A stretch of 64,000 nucleotides of DNA from Nitrospirales bacterium. GTDB taxonomy: Bacteria > Nitrospirota > Nitrospiria > Nitrospirales > UBA8639. The DNA lies in contig CBDBCZ010000018.1 of NCBI GenBank assembly GCA_965203295.1, positions 352,001 to 416,000 of the forward strand, read 5' to 3'. A program made the position numbers and the translations under genes. The notes under the pieces were generated by a model. That model did no database searches, was not told where the DNA came from, and was given only the letters and a program-made list of their open reading frames with translations. Shown here one piece after another: positions 59,932 to 64,000 of the stretch. Each line of letters begins with the position of its first letter. The stretch's first letter is position 1.

Positions 59932-61636
59932 TCACTTTTGTGCTTTGATAATGTTTTTCACCTGCTTCGGAGACCGGTCAATTGCATGGTGACGTAAAAA
60001 GTCACGACATTCGATCGCACTCGGGGTGTCTCCCACCTGAATATGTGATGAGAAGAAAAGCATTACTACTTCTGTCTCCTTGGAAGTAAAGGCCCGTCTT
60101 TTAACTGGTGATAGCGACTTTCTGGCTGGCACTTTGGACATCGTCTTCTCCTGGTTGGGTAGCTCTCTTGGCTCAGGTTCCTTCTCCTTGGGCTCCCTCT
60201 GCTGCTCGGGTTTCTGCTCAGACTCAAGCTGTCTCCGCTGCACAGTCTCCATCGGCTACTCTGTGCCTACTGTATGCTTTCCCTGCCTGATACTCTCCAT
60301 AATATGGAAAGCCTCGGCAGCGTGTATATGACCAACGATGGCTCTGTAATGGTCCTGCTCAGTTTGTGTTGTGTGCAAGAGGCAGACGAGAGCGGCTTCA
60401 GTGGTGCCTGACATTAGGGCCACCTTAGTGGCCCCAATCTGCCTCACTTTGGTGGCAGTGGGAACCAAATGCCATAGGCATTTCCGAGCGACGAGATTTT
60501 TTGACTAACGTGGGTGAGAGGCCGGCACCCAGTGTACAGCAGCATCAGGTCACTTTGCTGTTCAGGATGTTGAAGTGGCCTGATGTGCTGCACATACTTC
60601 TGCATTCTCGACCAATCCTGGGCTTGAGATTTAGCCTAGCTGATCCTGCTCGGCCGGTCTTGTGCTCCTTTACGCCTATAATTTTCATTTTATTGGCTTC
60701 TCTCCGAAATGTAGCGGCCTTCATCATCTCTTGGAAGGTTGCGTTAGCTGCCGCACCCGGACACTGCCAGTTTTTAAGGGTAGTGACAGTGGCCATCATG
60801 GTAGTGCATCTGTTTAGTGCTATTTCATTCACAACCTCACCTTTGCTGCACTTCCTGCAGATGCTGTCGAAATCAGTCCACATCTCATGGCATTCACACA
60901 GGCTGTTGACCCCATCCAGTGACAACTCTTGGATGGACAGCTCTTCAAGACGATGGGCAGTTAGCTTGTGCTTTTCTTTGCGGAGCGTGCCCTTTTATCG
61001 ACCCAAGAACTCTTCCGCTATACAGGCCCTGACGTGGAGCGGGTGTTCACGGAGGGACACCTTGAGGTATCTCAGCCCAAGCTTAATTGCATCAATCTTC
61101 TGCAGCTGGTCTTCTGGGCCAACTTTACTGCATGCACTCCAGCTTAGACAGATGTCCCACTAACTGGTCACGATTGGTGAGGCGGCCCCAGACTGGCGTG
61201 GGCACCTCACCACAAGCGTAGCGCAGGAACTTAGACACATCTGTTGTTACCTCCTTGGCTGTCTTTGACCCCTTCTTCCCGCCATCAACACTCTGCAAGA
61301 AGGCGTTAAATTCCTTGAGCGACTGATCTGACTCTCGGAATCTGGGAAAGTCCCTTGTGTCAATCACGAGAGGCTGAGGTTCCTTGAGGGAAGGATGTGG
61401 TTTCTCCAAGGAAGGCTTGAGTTGTTCCTTGGGAGAAGGATGTGGTTATGAGTGATCTGAATGGACTGCTTTTTTGGTATTTCAACACGCTTAGCGATCT
61501 TCAAAAGTCAACTCTTCTCATTAGCATACAGCCTCTTATGCTTGTAGTCAAAATGCTGCGAGAGCCTTTTCTGGATCTTACTTGGACAGCCAGCACTTGC
61601 GAGAATACCGGTTATCTTCACACTTCTGCATTTTAG
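59932..61636 (-). pseudogene. Decayed YR-like gene (duplicate of 25344-27110)
   Basis: Same KEHKTG, TKVRQIGAT and HTTQTEQDHY motifs. Confidence 0.6.
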
Positions 61637-61854
61637 GGTAAAGTGATAACGTGATGGTAAAAATTACAACCCTTGAAAAATTACATACTGCATGGGCTTC
61701 ACCCTTCGCGCCTAACTATCTTTCGCGGTCCGTTTTCTCCAGTTGACCCCACTACCCTTACTAAGAAAAAAGGCTCCAGGCAACGAGGCTACATTGCAAG
61801 AAACATAAGTATTGCAATCTGTAAGCTTACAATAAACTACAGAAGCAAGTCTTT

Positions 61855-62134
61855 TTACACGTTCATAATTTTCTCACCTCTTACTTGCGCAGCACCGGTA
61901 CACGTTCCCACAAAGTAAACCGTATCGCCCCATCCGCCCTTCGGTGGGTGAATCACTCTGTCGACAATTCTTACAATTCTCACCATCCCTGTAGTGGGAT
62001 TGCGGTACTTCAGACAGGACACATTCCCGAACATAGACTGTAGAGTGTCCGAGGCCTAGGGAGCCATTTGGCTCTAGGTCAACCTCACAAGTTTCACCGC
62101 CTTCTTCTCGTGCCACGAGGACATAATCTTCCAT
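61855..62134 (-). pseudogene. TDP-43-NTD-like ORF, second copy, frameshifted at ~62050
   Basis: MEDYVLVAREEGGETCEVDLEPNGSLGL, then a shifted frame. The DNA continues to match 27330-27530. Confidence 0.75.
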
Positions 62135-63229
62135 TTTCTTCTGAACTCACGAATACGAAAGACTAGTACTCGCTCTGAACTCACTCTCATTAAAACTCCG
62201 AAAGGAGACTAGTTGACACCTGCACATATGTATTTATAGGGGATTGGTCATGAGACTAGATATAAAGCCTCACATCCGGTTAGTTAACTAAACGATTCTA
62301 AAGCCCCACCCATTGGCGAAATCATCGGCGTTAAACGGGAGCCGTCTAGTCTGGACTAAAGATAAAGCGAAGCTGTTACAGAGTCGACTCGGAGTCCATG
62401 TGTATTAAAGTTTGTTTGTGTCTTGTGTTGATGTTCCCTGAAGAAGGTTGCATCGATAGTAGAGTGCGTAATATCTGTGTAACCGAAACGTCGGCAGTTT
62501 CTTTGAAACAACTGTTGTGGGTTGGAATAAGGATACGTATAATAATCTCCTAGCCAACCGAGAATCTTCCTTGAGTATATAGTCTAGACTAAGGCTTGAC
62601 CAGATATCTCTGGTATTGACAGCTTGTAATTAGCTTCGCGTCGATGCCTAGACTAGCCACGTGTGCTTCCTGCTTCTATATATAAGGACATTACTACTTA
62701 ATTTTTTCAAGTTACAGCTCAAATAGTTCAAATCTAGTTACTTTTACCCAGTTACAGCTCGAACGGTTCAGATTGCACACAAGTCTTCCATTCAAATGTA
62801 CAAGCAAGAAAGTGAGTGTGGCAGTTCTGTGCTGGAGTCCTAAATCAGTGTGTAGATAGCAATGGTATGCAGGAGAGTGTAATTTCGTAGGTAATAATAT
62901 AGCACACAACAGATTAAGTCTCAATTTAGCGCTATAGACTTATGCAGCGGTTCAGCCCCACCCATCTACTAAAAGCCATACAAATGCAGGAAGATCACAG
63001 TCCGGAAGCGTATGTATAGTACTACCCGCGGTAGAGGGCTATACATAGTACTCATCAGATTCTGTCATATACATCGACTGGCTCCTGTTTATGATATAAT
63101 ACTGAATAATACTCTCAGTGAAATAAGGCATTCAGTTGGTTTTTGGAATAAAGTTAGATTTTTGGGCGAATTTACGATCAAAAACCGATTGGCCACTTTG
63201 ATCCACTGATCAAGTCATCTTGGATAGCT

Positions 63230-63470
63230 AAGAAAGCCGGTGAGTAGCAGCTTTGGAGCAGTGTGAGGAAAACCTCTTGGTAAGGTAGTGGCTTTTAAAA
63301 AAGCCGGTGAGTAGCAGCTTTGGAGCAGTGTGAGGAAAACCTCTTGGTAAGGTGGTGGCTTTTAGAAAAGCCAATCAGTGAAGTGTTGGCTTTTAAAAAG
63401 CCGGTGAGTAGCAGCTTTGGAGCAGTGTTAGGAAAACCTCTTGATAAGGTGGTGGCTTTTAGAAAAGTCG
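63230..63470. repeat. ~64-bp degenerate tandem repeat (also 11115-11290, 31165-31230, 31824-31995)
   Basis: aaagccggtgagtagcagctttggagcagtgtgaggaaaacctcttggtaaggtggtggctttt units. Confidence 0.8.
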
Positions 63471-63581
63471 GTGCAAAGTAGAAAACAGTACAAGGAGAAA
63501 ATAAAATAGAAGCAGTGTCTAAATTAAGGCATAAGTAATGTTGCTGTCTTAGTAACAATAGGTGCAAAAGGTGTAGCTATA

Positions 63582-64000
63582 TTAAATGTCAAACTCCACA
63601 ACATGGCACAAGCAAATTGAAGTGTACATAACTGAATTGACGTAATATTTATGATACACTTTATGCATTTTTAGTGAGCCTACGTCTACGATAACGTAGC
63701 TATTGGTATTGGTGATAGAATAAGCAAAGAGATGATGCGAAAAAGGTGATGTTTCGTGCACTTGAACTAAAAATTTCATTCTCTCACCTTGTACAAAGAT
63801 GTGATCAATACCCCCGAATACTGGAAGTTCTTTGTCAGATATTTCCATGCAAACTAGGGCACCTGGTCGAAAGTCCACCCCGAGCGTAGTGACAGCTGAC
63901 ACGCTTAAATAGAAGAAAATAAATTTCTGCTGTGAGACTACTCCAAAGTGCGCACATGCATGTATACTTTCACAAAGTCGTGTGTAATGTTAATCTCACC
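63582..64000 (-). pseudogene. EnSpm/CACTA-like family 1, terminal exon, copy D
   Basis: VTTLGVDFRPGALV..DKELPVFGGIDHI; homologous to 11408-11820 and 32113-33160. Confidence 0.55.

Larger units (their letters stand above)
49428..64000 (+). other. Segmental duplicate of 4977-33160 (lacking the copy-1 insertions)
   Basis: Collinear near-identical blocks: 4977-8760 ~ 49428-53248; 19217-28143 ~ 53728-62682; 29733-29965 ~ 62683-62912; 31070-33160 ~ 63111-64000. Confidence 0.9.

Overview
This is eukaryotic DNA, probably from an invertebrate animal (the repeat style suggests a sponge, which is an inference). It is almost entirely nested, mostly decayed transposable elements, and I see no intact host gene, operon or CRISPR array. 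Autonomous-type elements, left to right: (1) an Ngaro/DIRS-type tyrosine-recombinase retrotransposon, <1-4977 (-), whose RT, RNase H and YR domains lie in one reading frame that the ORF track missed because it runs off the window; (2) Mag-like Gypsy LTR-element pieces; (3) a non-LTR retrotransposon 3' fragment; (4) a frameshifted piggyBac transposase; (5) a Crypton-type YR element with a perfect 36-bp terminal hairpin; (6) several copies of two EnSpm/CACTA-like transposase genes; (7) a decayed YR gene preceded by a stand-alone TDP-43 N-terminal-domain ORF, in two copies; (8) a HIRAN-domain ORF; (9) a Kolobok-type transposase apparently fused to an OTU protease. Smaller features are TTAA, TA and 9-bp-TSD MITEs, Helentron-type HINEs, a tRNA-Thr-like head and minisatellites. 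Much of 4977-33160 is duplicated at 49428-64000, and the empty sites in one copy define insertion boundaries in the other. The most interesting leads are the TDP-43-NTD + YR module, the Kolobok-OTU fusion and the RT-RH-YR in-frame fusion. All family assignments come from motifs recognised by eye; no searches were run.
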